Made by a program: the position numbers and the translations under genes. Positions 52,365 to 62,456 of a DNA stretch of 64,000 nucleotides are shown here, in pieces. Origin of the DNA: an uncultured Gemmatimonadales bacterium (GTDB lineage Bacteria > Gemmatimonadota > Gemmatimonadetes > Gemmatimonadales > GWC2-71-9); NCBI GenBank assembly GCA_963842945.1, contig CAWJIM010000001.1, forward strand, positions 64,001 through 128,000. The letters are read 5' to 3'. The notes below the pieces were generated by a model. That model saw nothing but the letters and a program-made list of their open reading frames with translations, was not told the DNA's origin and did no database searches. Numbering within the stretch: position 1 is the first letter of the stretch; each line of letters starts with the position of its first letter.

Positions 52365-53873
52365 GACCCCTCCGGGCGCATGGCCGGAAAGATGATCACA
52401 TCTCGGATCGAAGGCTGATCGGCCAGCAGCATGATGAGACGATCGACGCCCAGCCCCATGCCTCCAGCCGGAGGCATTCCATACTCCAGGGCCCGGATGT
52501 AATCGGCATCGTAGCTGTGCGCTTCCGCATCTCCTCTGGTTCGCTGCTGCATCTGATCCTCGAATCGCCGGCGCTGATCGTCGGGATCGTTGAGCTCGCT
52601 GAAGGCATTCGCCAGCTCGCGGCCGCCGATGAAAAGCTCGAACCGTTCGGTCAGGCTGGGCTCGTCCCGGTGCTCCTTGGCCAGGGGAGACAGAGCTTTG
52701 GGGTAGTCCACCACGAAGGTGGGCTGGATCAGATGCGGCTCGACAAAGGTCTTGAAGACCTCATCCTGCAGCCGAGCTCCGGCGAGAGCCTCCACCGCCT
52801 CGGGTTCGCCCCCAGCGCGAAGCACCGCTCGGCGGAGCTCCTCTTCCGAGGCAGACGTCAGATCCAGCCCGGCCCGGTTTCCCACCGCATCGAGAAAGCG
52901 GACCCGGGGAAACGGCGGGGTGAAGTCCAAGGTGGTATCAAACCGCTCCAATACTGGGTCTCCAGGCAGTGCTCCACCACGCCCGCGACCATGGATTCGG
53001 TGAGCTCCATCATGTCACCATAGTCCGCGTAGGCCTGGTAGACCTCCAGCATCGTGAACTCGGGATTGTGAGTCCGGTCCATTCCCTCATTCCGGAAGTC
53101 GTGCCCGATCTCATACACTCGCTCGAATCCGCCGACCAGCAAACGTTTGAGGTACAGCTCGTCGGCGATCCTGAGATACAGCGGCATGTCCAGCGCGTGG
53201 TGGTGAGTAACGAAGGGCCGGGCAGCTGCGCCACCATAGAGCGGCTGGAGGATCGGCGTCTCCACCTCCAAAAAACCACGGTCATCCAGAAAGCGCCGCA
53301 TGTAGGCGACCGCTCTGGCCCGGAGCCGGAAGATCTGACGCACCTCCGGATGCACCGCGAGGTCAGCGTAACGCTGGCGGTAACGCACCTCCGGGTCCTG
53401 CAGGTCTCCGAAGCTGACCGGCCCGCTTTCGGTCTGCTGGGTCTTTCCCCGCGGGAGGGGCCGGAGGGACTTGGCCAGCATGGTGACGCTATCCGCCCGG
53501 ATGGTGATCTCCCCCTTCTTGGTCCGGAAGAGCGTTCCCTCCACCCCGATGTGGTCGTCCAGATCGAGCAACTCCACCAGCTCGTAGTGCGGGCCCAGCG
53601 CGTCACGCCGGAAATAGATCTGGATCCGGCCGCTGGGATCCTCCAGATGACCAAAGGCCGTTTTTCCGTGCGAGCCGAATCGATCCAGCCGACCGGCCAC
53701 CCGGACTCGAGGGCCGGACTCCCCCATTTCATCCCGGTATGCGGCTAGGGCTTCGGCGGCGGTGTGGGTGCGCTCGTAGCGATAGGCAAAGGCCGCACGC
53801 CGAGTGCCTCGAGCGCGGCTCGCTTTTCCCGGCGGGCCGCCTCTACGTAGGATCGCTCCTCCACCGTACTCAC
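52361..53873 (-). CDS. lysS: Lysyl-tRNA synthetase class II (indels)
   Basis: [45 protein letters not shown] and [15 protein letters not shown]. Confidence 0.97.
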
Positions 53874-54974
53874 GCCGCCTTTCCCCCGAATCGCTTGAGA
53901 TACGCCTGGATGAACGGGTCGAGATCTCCATCCATGACCCGCTGCACGTCACCCACCTTTACCTCGGTCCGATGATCGTTCACCATCGTGTAGGGTTGGA
54001 ACACGTAGGAGCGAATCTGATTACCCCAGGAATTGTCGGTCTTGGTGGCTTCAACCACGGCGCGCGCGGCCTCCTGCTCCTCCAGCTTCTTCTGGTACAA
54101 GGCTGCCCGCAGCATCTTCATTGCGGTTGCCCGATTCTTGGTCTGGCTGCGCTCCTGCTGGCAGGAGACCACCGTATTCGTCGGAATGTGGGTGAGCCGT
54201 ACCGCGGACGAGGTCTTGTTGACGTGCTGGCCGCCGGCCCCGGAAGCTCGGAACACGTCCATCTTGATGTCCTCATCCCGCAGGTCGATCTCGATCGTAT
54301 CATCGGACACCGGATAGACGAAGACCGAAGCGAACGACGTGTGGCGCCTCGCCTGGGAGTCGTAGGGTGAGATCCGCACCAGACGATGCACCCCCTTCTC
54401 CGCCTTGAGATAGCCGTACGCGTACTGTCCCCGGATCTCGATCGAGACGGACTTGATGCCGGCCTCCTCGCCGGGAAGCAGGTCGAGAATGGCGACCTCG
54501 AAACCGTGGCGCTCGGCCCAGCGGACGTACATCCGCATGAGCATCTCGGCCCAGTCCTGCGATTCGGTTCCACCGGCGCCGGGATGTATGGTGAGCAGGG
54601 CATCCCGGGCATCCTCCGGGCCCTGCAACATGGCCTGGAGCTCGAACGCTTCCGCCGCCGTCTGCAGCTCGTCGGCTTCCCGTTCGAGCTCTGTCTGAAG
54701 TGATTGGTCGGGCTCAGCCTCGAGCAGCTCCGCCATCTCCAGAGCGCCTCGCAGCCTCTGATCCAGATTGTCGTAGGGGGTAAGCCAGTTCTTGAGGGTC
54801 TTGATTTCCTGAACCGACACTCTGGCCGACTCCGGGTCGGACCAGAAGCCGGGAAGAGCCTGCCGAGCTTCCAGGGAGCTCAGCCGCTCGGATTTGCCGG
54901 ACAAGTCAAAGAAAGTCTCGAAGTTCGGCAACGCGGCGTTGAAGATCGCTTAGACGATCGGCGAGCTCAGACAT
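53870..54974 (-). CDS. prfB: Peptide chain release factor 2 with programmed +1 frameshift
   Basis: ATG at 54974 gives MSELADRLSDLQRRVAELRDFL, then CTT TGA C at 54911-54905. The +1 frame has SPY (SPF-like) and GGQ motifs. Confidence 0.97.
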
Positions 54975-55027
54975 GCAAATCTCTCCCTAGGGGGTATCGC
55001 TGAAATCTAATGGGAGGCAGCTCGTCC

Positions 55028-55872
55028 TTAGAAAATTTGCCGTCCCACCCGCCAGGATCTCGTTCAGCGCCTCCCGGAAATAGCCGGTGGAGTCGGCAAT
55101 CTCGCGCCCGACCTGTTCCGCGTACTCCTCCCAGCTCTTCTTGATCTCCTCCTCGAACAGTTCCTTGAGATTTCCGTCGCGCAGTCCCTCCTGCCGCTTG
55201 CCCGGATGGTAGACGACCATATCTGAGATCAGCGCCCGGGCCAGGCGCTTCGCCTTGAGTGCCGGGTCCTGGGAAAGAAATGGATTCTGCGGCCGGGCAC
55301 CGGACGGGGCCGGAGCCGGCGGCCGAGGCGGAGAAGCTGGAGTTGGAGCGGCGGACAGGTGTTGCCGGCTTGGGTGCTGCCGGACGGCGTCGCCGCTTGA
55401 GCCGGCGTGGCCGGACGAGGCGCAGAGGGAGTGGCTGGTGGGGGCGCCGACGCTGCCGGGTTCGAGGGCGGCTGCTCTGGTAGCTGGAGGCGCCGGCATC
55501 GGCCGTGCCGGGCGCGGTTCCCGAGGTGTGGACCGCAGGGCTGGTGGAAAATCCAGCGGCTGGAGCCGGCGGCTTCTGGGGGGCGGCCGGCCGGGGGGGA
55601 GACCCCGCAGGCCCAGCGGCTGCCGGTGCCGCCGGCCGGGGTGTGACGCTGGGCGGCGCAACCTTGGGTGATTCCGCGACGGGCGCAGGCTTGGGAACTG
55701 TCGCTGCAACCGGTTCCTTTGCTGGCGGCCGGGGCGGTTGCATCTCCTCGCCCTCCCGCTTAACGGCAAAGACAGCGCTGCAGACACTGCATCGCGCCCG
55801 TACGCCGCCCTCGGGGACCTTGGCCGGATCGACCCGGTAAATGGTGGCGCAGTTCGGGCAGGTGACGTTCAT
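55028..55872 (-). CDS. MJ0042-type zinc-ribbon protein with Pro/Ala linker and helical C-terminal domain (indels)
   Basis: MNVTCPNC...RCSVCSAVF, a low-complexity linker, then NPFLSQDPALKAKRLARALISDMVVYH...EIKKSWEEY. Confidence 0.8.
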
Positions 55873-55873
55873 C

Positions 55874-56867
55874 TCAAGCTCCTCTGGGCTTCTCGCGAGA
55901 AGCCGGGCCAGGACGTTCTTCTCCGTTTGCACCGTGTCGCCGATCGACCACGAAGACCGAGCCGGGCAGCGTCTTCGCGTAGCTCTTCATCTCGGTGGCA
56001 AGCTCGCTCACCTGCGCCGGATGGGCAAACCGGCGGTGCCGGTTGGTCACGATGCCGATCGACAGCGTCATCAGGGGGACCCGATGGAGCTGGCCTCGGC
56101 GATCTTTCCCGAAGAAGTAGCCCGCCCGGCGATCCTGATCGTTGTACTGCAGCGGCACCAGGGCGTCGAACACCTCGAGAATCTCGCTGCATACCGGGCT
56201 GATGTCCTCTGCCGGTATGATGAAGATGAAGTCGTCTCCCCCGATGTGACCGACGAAGCCTCGAGCGCCCAGCAGGCCCTTTACCACGTCGTGGAGGACC
56301 CGGGAGAGAATGTAGATGACACGATCGCCCTCATAGTAACTGTAGCGATCGTTGAATTCCTTGAAGTGATCCAGGTCGGCGTAGCAGACGGCGAACTCCT
56401 GATTGGATTCCAGCCGCCGGCGGATCTCCCGCTCGATCTCCGTGGTGCCCGGCAGGCGGGTCGACGGGTGGACCGAAACGTCCCGTTCAGTGCGCACCAG
56501 CATCGCATCCAGCCGCGACCGCTGCTCCGCCGGAGCAAAGATCCCGGTGATCACCTCGTCCACGCCCGAGGCAAACCAGGCTTGGACCCGTTCGGGATGA
56601 TGCGCGGCGGCCAGGGCGGTCACCGGAACGATGGCGGTAAAGGCGTCGCTCTTGAGCCGGCGCACCAGACCGAGGCCGGTAGCTGCCCGAGTGGTCCCCG
56701 TCCACGAAGAGGAGGCAGGGATGGCCGCGCAGGACGATCGACTCCACCTCATCCGGCTCGCTGAAGACCAGGAGCGGGAAGGAGTGCACCCCGGCCCACT
56801 GGCGTACCAGGGCCGGGACCGGACAACCGTCCGGCGAAAAGAAGAGTATCGTCGGGCGAGTCCGCAC
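55874..56867 (-). CDS. Diguanylate cyclase with degenerate receiver domain (indels)
   Basis: YADLDHFKEFND..GD and GHIGGDDF. Receiver-like GLGLVRRLK..VPV..GVDEVIT lacks the conserved KP. Confidence 0.88.
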
Positions 56868-56926
56868 CCACAGCCTCTCGTAAGAAGTTATGCCTGGCTA
56901 ACTTAGCGACGACGAGTTCAGCCAAG

Positions 56927-58464
56927 TCAAACCAGGAAAAATGCCGCCACGGCCAGCATCCCATACAGGGCGAGCAGCTGCACCCCTTCGAACCAGTTGG
57001 ATTCTCCATCCAGGGTAATGATGGCGGTCACGCCCGTGGCCATCCCCAGGGCCAGGATCTCGAACGGGGTGAACGCCAGGTTCATGTCCTGTCCCAGAAG
57101 CACGCCCGCAAAGACAAGTATCGGCGCAACCAGTAAGCGCGACCTGAGTGCTGGAGCCCAGGGCGATCTGCAGCGCGAGATCCATCTTGCCCTTTCGGGC
57201 AACCACAACAGCCGTAGCGTGTTCCGCCGCATTGCCGATGAGCGGGAACAATGATCAGGCCCAGAAAGGTCTCGGTCAGGCCGAGAGTCTTGGTCGCCTC
57301 GGTGGCCGCATGCACCAGGAGCTCGGACTCTATGGCGACGCCAACGGTCGCCCCGGCCAGGACCAGCGACCGCCTTCTTGAGGCTCCAGATCGGTCCCTC
57401 CGTCGGCGGCGATTCGGACCAGAAGAGACAGCGATGGGTCTTCAGGGTGAAGACCAGTGACAAGCCATAGGTGACGAGCAGGATCAGGGCGACCGCATTC
57501 GGAAATCCTGAGTTCGGAGAGCCGAGCGGCACTTCCCGGGTGAAGGGCATGAAACAGCGCCGGCAGCACCAGGGCAATGACCGCCAGCGAGAGCATACCC
57601 GCGCTCATTCCGGCATTCGCCCGGTTGAACCTGAGCTCGTTTCGGCGGAGCCCGCCTACCACCAATGAAAGACCCAGGATCAGAAGCAGGTTGCCCAGAA
57701 TGCTGCCGGTAATAGAGGCCTTGACCAGTCCCACCAGGCCGGCCTGTAGCGCGACGATCGAGATGATGAGCTCCGCCGCGTTTCCGAATGTGGCGTTGAG
57801 CAGTCCTCCTATGGTGGGTCCGCTGCGGTGTGCCAGATGCTCGGTTGCTTCCCCCATGTATCCCGCCAGGGGCAACACCCCTAGGCAGGCCGTGAGAATA
57901 CCGCCAGGGCCGGCGCGTGAAGACCACGCTCAGAACGATGCTCAGGGGAACGGCAAGCAGCAGCAGCGCTCGCCAGGGAACCGAACGCTGACCCGAGTCG
58001 GCTACCGCTTGACTCTGTCGAGGCGGTGCTGTCGGCCGGGAACGCCGCATGGCAGCTTGCGCCCGGTCGGCGGAGACGCCGGCCTCGGCCAAGGACCTTG
58101 ACCAGCGCTCCACGGGGCTCGTGCAGTGCCGCCAGCAGCAGGTGCTCCGCCGATAAGCACGCCCCCGGTTTCACGCGCCTCCTTTGAGCGCGACCTCGAT
58201 CAGCCGTTTGGCGTGCGAGGTGTAGGCCAACTGGTCGCCGGCCCGCGGTTGGAGCGGCGCCGCCCGCTGGCCTCCAGCCGCTGCTCCACCAGGCCAGGGG
58301 CCACCCCGAGCCGGCCGAACAGAGGCCGATGCCGTGCCGTCGCCTCGCAGCAGGCCCAGCACGATGTGCTCGGCGCCGATCGCATCATGCCCCAGACGGA
58401 CCGCTTCGGTCCGCGCGTTTTCCAGAGCACGCTGGGCATAAGCGCTCAGCGTGCGAGGATTCAT
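56927..58464 (-). CDS. cax: Ca2+/H+ exchanger (CAX/ChaA family) apparently fused to an N-terminal double Clp-N domain (many indels)
   Basis: [33 protein letters not shown] and [12 protein letters not shown]. Upstream Clp-N motifs AQRAL..AR.EA..LGH..IGAEH and YTSHAKR...SAEHLLLA. Confidence 0.8.
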
Positions 58465-58484
58465 ACGGGGAGACGGCGGAGGAC

Positions 58485-58652
58485 TCAGAGCGGTTTGGCT
58501 TCGTCGATCAGCATGATGGGAATGCCATCCTCCACCGGATAAACCAGGCGGCAGGTGTGGCAGACCAGCGACTCGGGTGAGGTGCGATACTCGAGCTCTC
58601 CCTTGCATTGGGGACAGACGAGTATCTGCAGCAGCTCAGGAGCCAGAGTCAT
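58485..58652 (-). CDS. Trm112/YcaR family protein (55 aa, absent from ORF track)
   Basis: Hand translation: [55 protein letters not shown]. Confidence 0.93.
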   Translation of the reverse strand: MTLAPELLQILVCPQCKGELEYRTSPESLVCHTCRLVYPVEDGIPIMLIDEAKPL

Positions 58653-59555
58653 GGGAACTCCTTGATGAGGAAGCGGCGGCAGGTCCGCCCGAGCTGGACT
58701 CGGGGAACCCGAAACGGCTGAGCGCGGCGGAGCTCTTCCGCCAGTTCGGCAAGCGCCTTGACCCAGCAGTCCAGATAGACCGGCGCTCCCAGCAACTCTT
58801 CCAGTCGAGCGCGCGCGTGGGCTCCAATGGCCTTGATCGTGGCGCCGGACCGGCCGATCACAATCCCCTTCTGCGACTCGCGCTCCACGAACAACGTGAC
58901 CCGAATGTATATGGGCCGTTCCGCTTCGCGAAACTCCTCCACCTCGGCCGTGAATGAATAGGGGACCTCATCTCCCAGCAGCTCGAAGGCCGCCTCCCGG
59001 AGGTACTCGACCACGAAGAACCGCACAGGCTGCGTCCCGATGTCGTCCGGATCGAACTCGAACTCGCGCGCCGGCAAATAGCCGCGGATCCGTTGCAGGA
59101 GTAGATCGATGCCATTCTCCATCGCTGGCGGATATCACCAGGGCCTGCTGTTCGAGCTCAGTCCGACGGCCGGGAGGGACCAGGTCTCCCTTGGTGTACA
59201 CGGTGAGGACTGGGAGCGGCCACGGGGCTGTCAGTCCTGCCAGCTGCTGGAAGGCTGGAGCAGGAGACTGAGGCGCGGGATGAAGATGCAGCACCAAGTC
59301 CATTTCTCTGGCTGTGGCCAGAGCGATCTCGCGCATCCGCTCCTGAAGCAGGTAGGAGGGATCGAGCAGGCCTGGCAGATCGTGGAAGATGTATTGGGTC
59401 TCACCTTCGGTCCGGATGCCGGTGACCGGAAGCCGGGTGGCCTGGGGCTTGGGGCTGACGATGGCAAGGTGCTCGCCGACAAGCGTGTTGAGCAGCGTGG
59501 ATTTGCCGACATTGGGCGCGCCGGCAAGGGCGATATGACCGGTCCTAGTGGGCAT
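58649..59555 (-). CDS. era: GTPase Era (indels)
   Basis: [40 protein letters not shown] and VYLDCWVK. Confidence 0.95.
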
Positions 59556-59586
59556 CCCTCAACTTAGGGGTCTTCAGGCCCGTTGG

Positions 59587-60816
59587 TCATTGTCTCGGGC
59601 GATACGCGGCCAGCTCCTCGCCGGTACGTCGGAGGTCGGCGGTGACCCGATCCCAGTTAAAATAGGTTTCCACTGCCCTTCTCCCCTCCAGGCCTAATCG
59701 CTTCGCGAGCTCCTGGTTCTGCAGCAGGGATCGCACTACCTCGACGATGGCCGGCAGGTCGGTGGAATCCACCAGCAACCCGGTCTCTCCTTCCCGTACC
59801 GCATCCGGAATCCCTCCCTGGCGCGCCCCGACCACAGGAATTCCACACGCTGAGGCCTCAACCAGCGAGATGCCGAAGCCTTCCATGAGCAGCCCCTCCG
59901 CTCGGGACAGGCCAAGATAGATCTCGGCAGAGTTGTAGAGCGCAGGCAGGTCGTCGTCCGGCACACCGGTGAGGAATCGCACCAGGTGTCCAACACCCAG
60001 GTCACGGGCGAGCGTCTCCAGCTGGCCCTGCATGGGCCCGGATCCCACGATGGCGTACCGGAGATCGGGAAAGGCTTCGCGCAGCGCCGCCAGCACCCTG
60101 AGTCCGGCATCGATACCCTTGTGTCCCACCAGCCGAGCCACGGTGATGAGCCAGCGTCCGGGCTCGAGCCCGTAACGGGCGCGGACACTGCTGGTATCCA
60201 GTTCAGGTCGGAAGTGCGCCGGATCGGTCCCGAGGGGGATGCGGCGGACGTCGATTTTGTCCGGTTTGCATCCGAGTCCGTCCAACACCTCGAGGCACCG
60301 GCGACGGGTCCATTCACTGATGGCCATGAGCACCGCGGCGCGCCGGAAGATCCGCTCGGCTGCCGCGCGTTTGAGCAGGCCGCGGCGGATCCGCTGCTGC
60401 AGCAGGAGCAGTTCCGATCCATATAGCAGGATTCCGTAGGGAAGCTCCTCCCGGCGGTTCAGCCACAGCGCCGGAAATCCCGCAGGCTTGAGGTTCCCGC
60501 ACCAGACGAATCCCGGACGAAAGCTGCGGGCCAGCTGCCTGGCCCGACGGGACCAGAGCACCAGGCCCTGGACGGTGCGAAGTCGAGTGCTGCGGACGCC
60601 GAGGCGGTCCACCCGATTGGAAAGTCGAGCGTCTACCGCCGCACTTCCCTCGGAGCTGCCGGTGGAGATCAGCAGGCTCCCGGGGGGGTAGCGTTTGGCC
60701 AACTCCCCGGTGAGCCGGGCAATACCTCCGGCCATCGGCGGGAAATCATAGCTGAGGAGGAGCTGCCGATGCCTCGCGGTGTCGAGGTCGAGAGGCTGGT
60801 AGGCGTCGGTGCTCAT
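59587..60816 (-). CDS. Glycosyltransferase family 4 (PimB-like)
   Basis: DFPP.AGGI, TVARLV.HKG and EGFGISLVEASACG.PVV....GGIPDAV. Confidence 0.92.
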   Translation of the reverse strand: MSTDAYQPLDLDTARHRQLLLSYDFPPMAGGIARLTGELAKRYPPGSLLISTGSSEGSAAVDARLSNRVDRLGVRSTRLRTVQGLVLWSRRARQLARSFRPGFVWCGNLKPAGFPALWLNRREELPYGILLYGSELLLLQQRIRRGLLKRAAAERIFRRAAVLMAISEWTRRRCLEVLDGLGCKPDKIDVRRIPLGTDPAHFRPELDTSSVRARYGLEPGRWLITVARLVGHKGIDAGLRVLAALREAFPDLRYAIVGSGPMQGQLETLARDLGVGHLVRFLTGVPDDDLPALYNSAEIYLGLSRAEGLLMEGFGISLVEASACGIPVVGARQGGIPDAVREGETGLLVDSTDLPAIVEVVRSLLQNQELAKRLGLEGRRAVETYFNWDRVTADLRRTGEELAAYRPRQ

Positions 60817-60880
60817 ATGAGGCGAATTGTAGATCGGATCACGATGAAGGGGAAATCCACCGGCGGGCGGCGCCGGGAGA

Positions 60881-60907
60881 AAGCCCTACCAGATCGTGGT
60901 AGGGCTT
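60881..60907 (-). terminator. Probable terminator after the OmpA-domain gene
   Basis: AAGCCCTACCA-5nt-TGGTAGGGCTT perfect 11-bp stem, 16 bp past the stop; short T tract. Confidence 0.65.
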
Positions 60908-60923
60908 CACCTGGCAGCCGGTC

Positions 60924-62282
60924 TTACTCGATAACGATGTCGACTCGGCGGTTCTTCTCCCGATTTGCCCGGGTGTCATTCGGGGCAATCGGCTTGGTGC
61001 GCCCGAAACCCTGGGTGGATGGGATCCGGGCCGCGGGTATTCCCTGCGTCACCAGAAAGTCGCGCACCGATTCGGCGCGGGATTGGGAAAGTTTCTGGTT
61101 GTAGGTATCGGTCCCGATTGAGTCGGTATGGCCTTCGATCTCGAGCTTGTATTCACCGGGGAAGCCCAGGAGAACACCGCTCAGTTTGCTCAACTTCTCG
61201 CGGGCAGCCGGCTTCAGGGTAGCCCGATTCGTCTCGAAGTTCACTCCCGACAGGGCCGCGACCAGGCCCCGTGCTCCCTGCCGGGTCTCCATGATGGCGG
61301 AGATCGACGCATATAGACGGGCCTGAAGTTCGGCGGCCGTGCGCTCCGCTTTCGACCGGAGGTCGGCCTCTCGCTCAGCCTCGGCGCGAGCTTGCTCCGC
61401 AGACCGGGCCGCACTGTCGAGCGCGGCCTGTTGGGCGGCGGCCTCCTGCTGCCGCTCAAACTCGGCTCGCTGCCGCTCCGCCTCCTGCTGGGCGTCCTCG
61501 GCCCGGCGTCGCAGCCAGTTCGCGCGCCACATCGGCCCGACGGGCTGTCTCCCGGGCCAGCTCGGAGTACTTCTTCTGATCCTTGGGCTTCTTAACCCAG
61601 ATCAGCTCCAGTGAGTCCAGCAGGTTCAGCGCGGAGCTGAACTCCGGCCGGGCATACCTGGGGGCGTCCAGCGTGCGGGCAATGGCCACGGCATGGCGGG
61701 CCGCCATCACGGGCAATGGGGTCAGCGAGTCGGGTGTGGGCGCCGACCGATCAGACACGCCGGAGCGATAGAACTGCTCCGGTACCCGCTCATAGGTCAC
61801 CGTGGTGGACTGCAAGGGAGCATCCGGAGGCCTGGGGCAATGTCAGCTCAGCCACCACCAGGGACGAGGGGCGTCGCACCTGCCCATAAGGCTCGGCCGT
61901 CACGATGACGCCGAGGGTTCGCGCCGCGGAGGATCCGGTGACATTCTGCTTCTTCACCGGCACCTCGGCCAGGCTCTCGACCTCCTCATCCGCCCGCACC
62001 ACCCAGGCCACATACGTGGTGGCAAAGTCAGCTGACGCGCCGGGGATCCGGCAGCTGGTTCAGGGTCAGCTTGATGCTGGACCTTCCGCCGCGGTACTCG
62101 ATCTCGGCGCTGCCCTTTACCTGGGGAGCGGCGGGGGTACCCGTGACCGGCAGCTTGGTCTTTTTGCCGTCGGGAAGGCGAACGACCAGGGTCATTCCCG
62201 AATTGTGAGACAGGGGCGGTAGGACTTCAGGGCCGGCCCCAAAAGCCAGCAGTGCTACACCAATGCGTAATGGTCCCCACAT
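60924..62282 (-). CDS. Exported OmpA-C/MotB-like peptidoglycan-binding protein with coiled coil (indels)
   Basis: Signal peptide, TYVAWV...IVTAEPY, Ala/Glu/Arg coiled coil, then FETNRATL, IEGHTD, NQKLS..RA.SV and NRRVDIVI. Confidence 0.88.
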
Positions 62283-62456
62283 TGAGCCTCCAGAAACGTC
62301 AGAGTGATGGAGCAGGGGCGAAGGAGTCGGCAGCGTGAACCGGAGGGGTGCGAAGCGGTTAGCTGCGGCTGAGGGTAGCTTCGGAGGGTGTACCGCGGTT
62401 CTTAACCGGAGTCATGTAACGATTCCGGGCGGGTGACTAAGTTAGGGAGATTGGCC

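Noticed and set aside
55260..55740. Repeat-like GC-rich tract as a possible CRISPR array or tandem repeat
   Set aside because: It is the Pro/Ala linker of the zinc-ribbon protein; there are no constant repeats with spacers.
55874..56450. Hypr-type (cGAMP-making) GGDEF
   Set aside because: The specificity position keeps Asp (NDRYSYYEGD), as in ordinary c-di-GMP cyclases.
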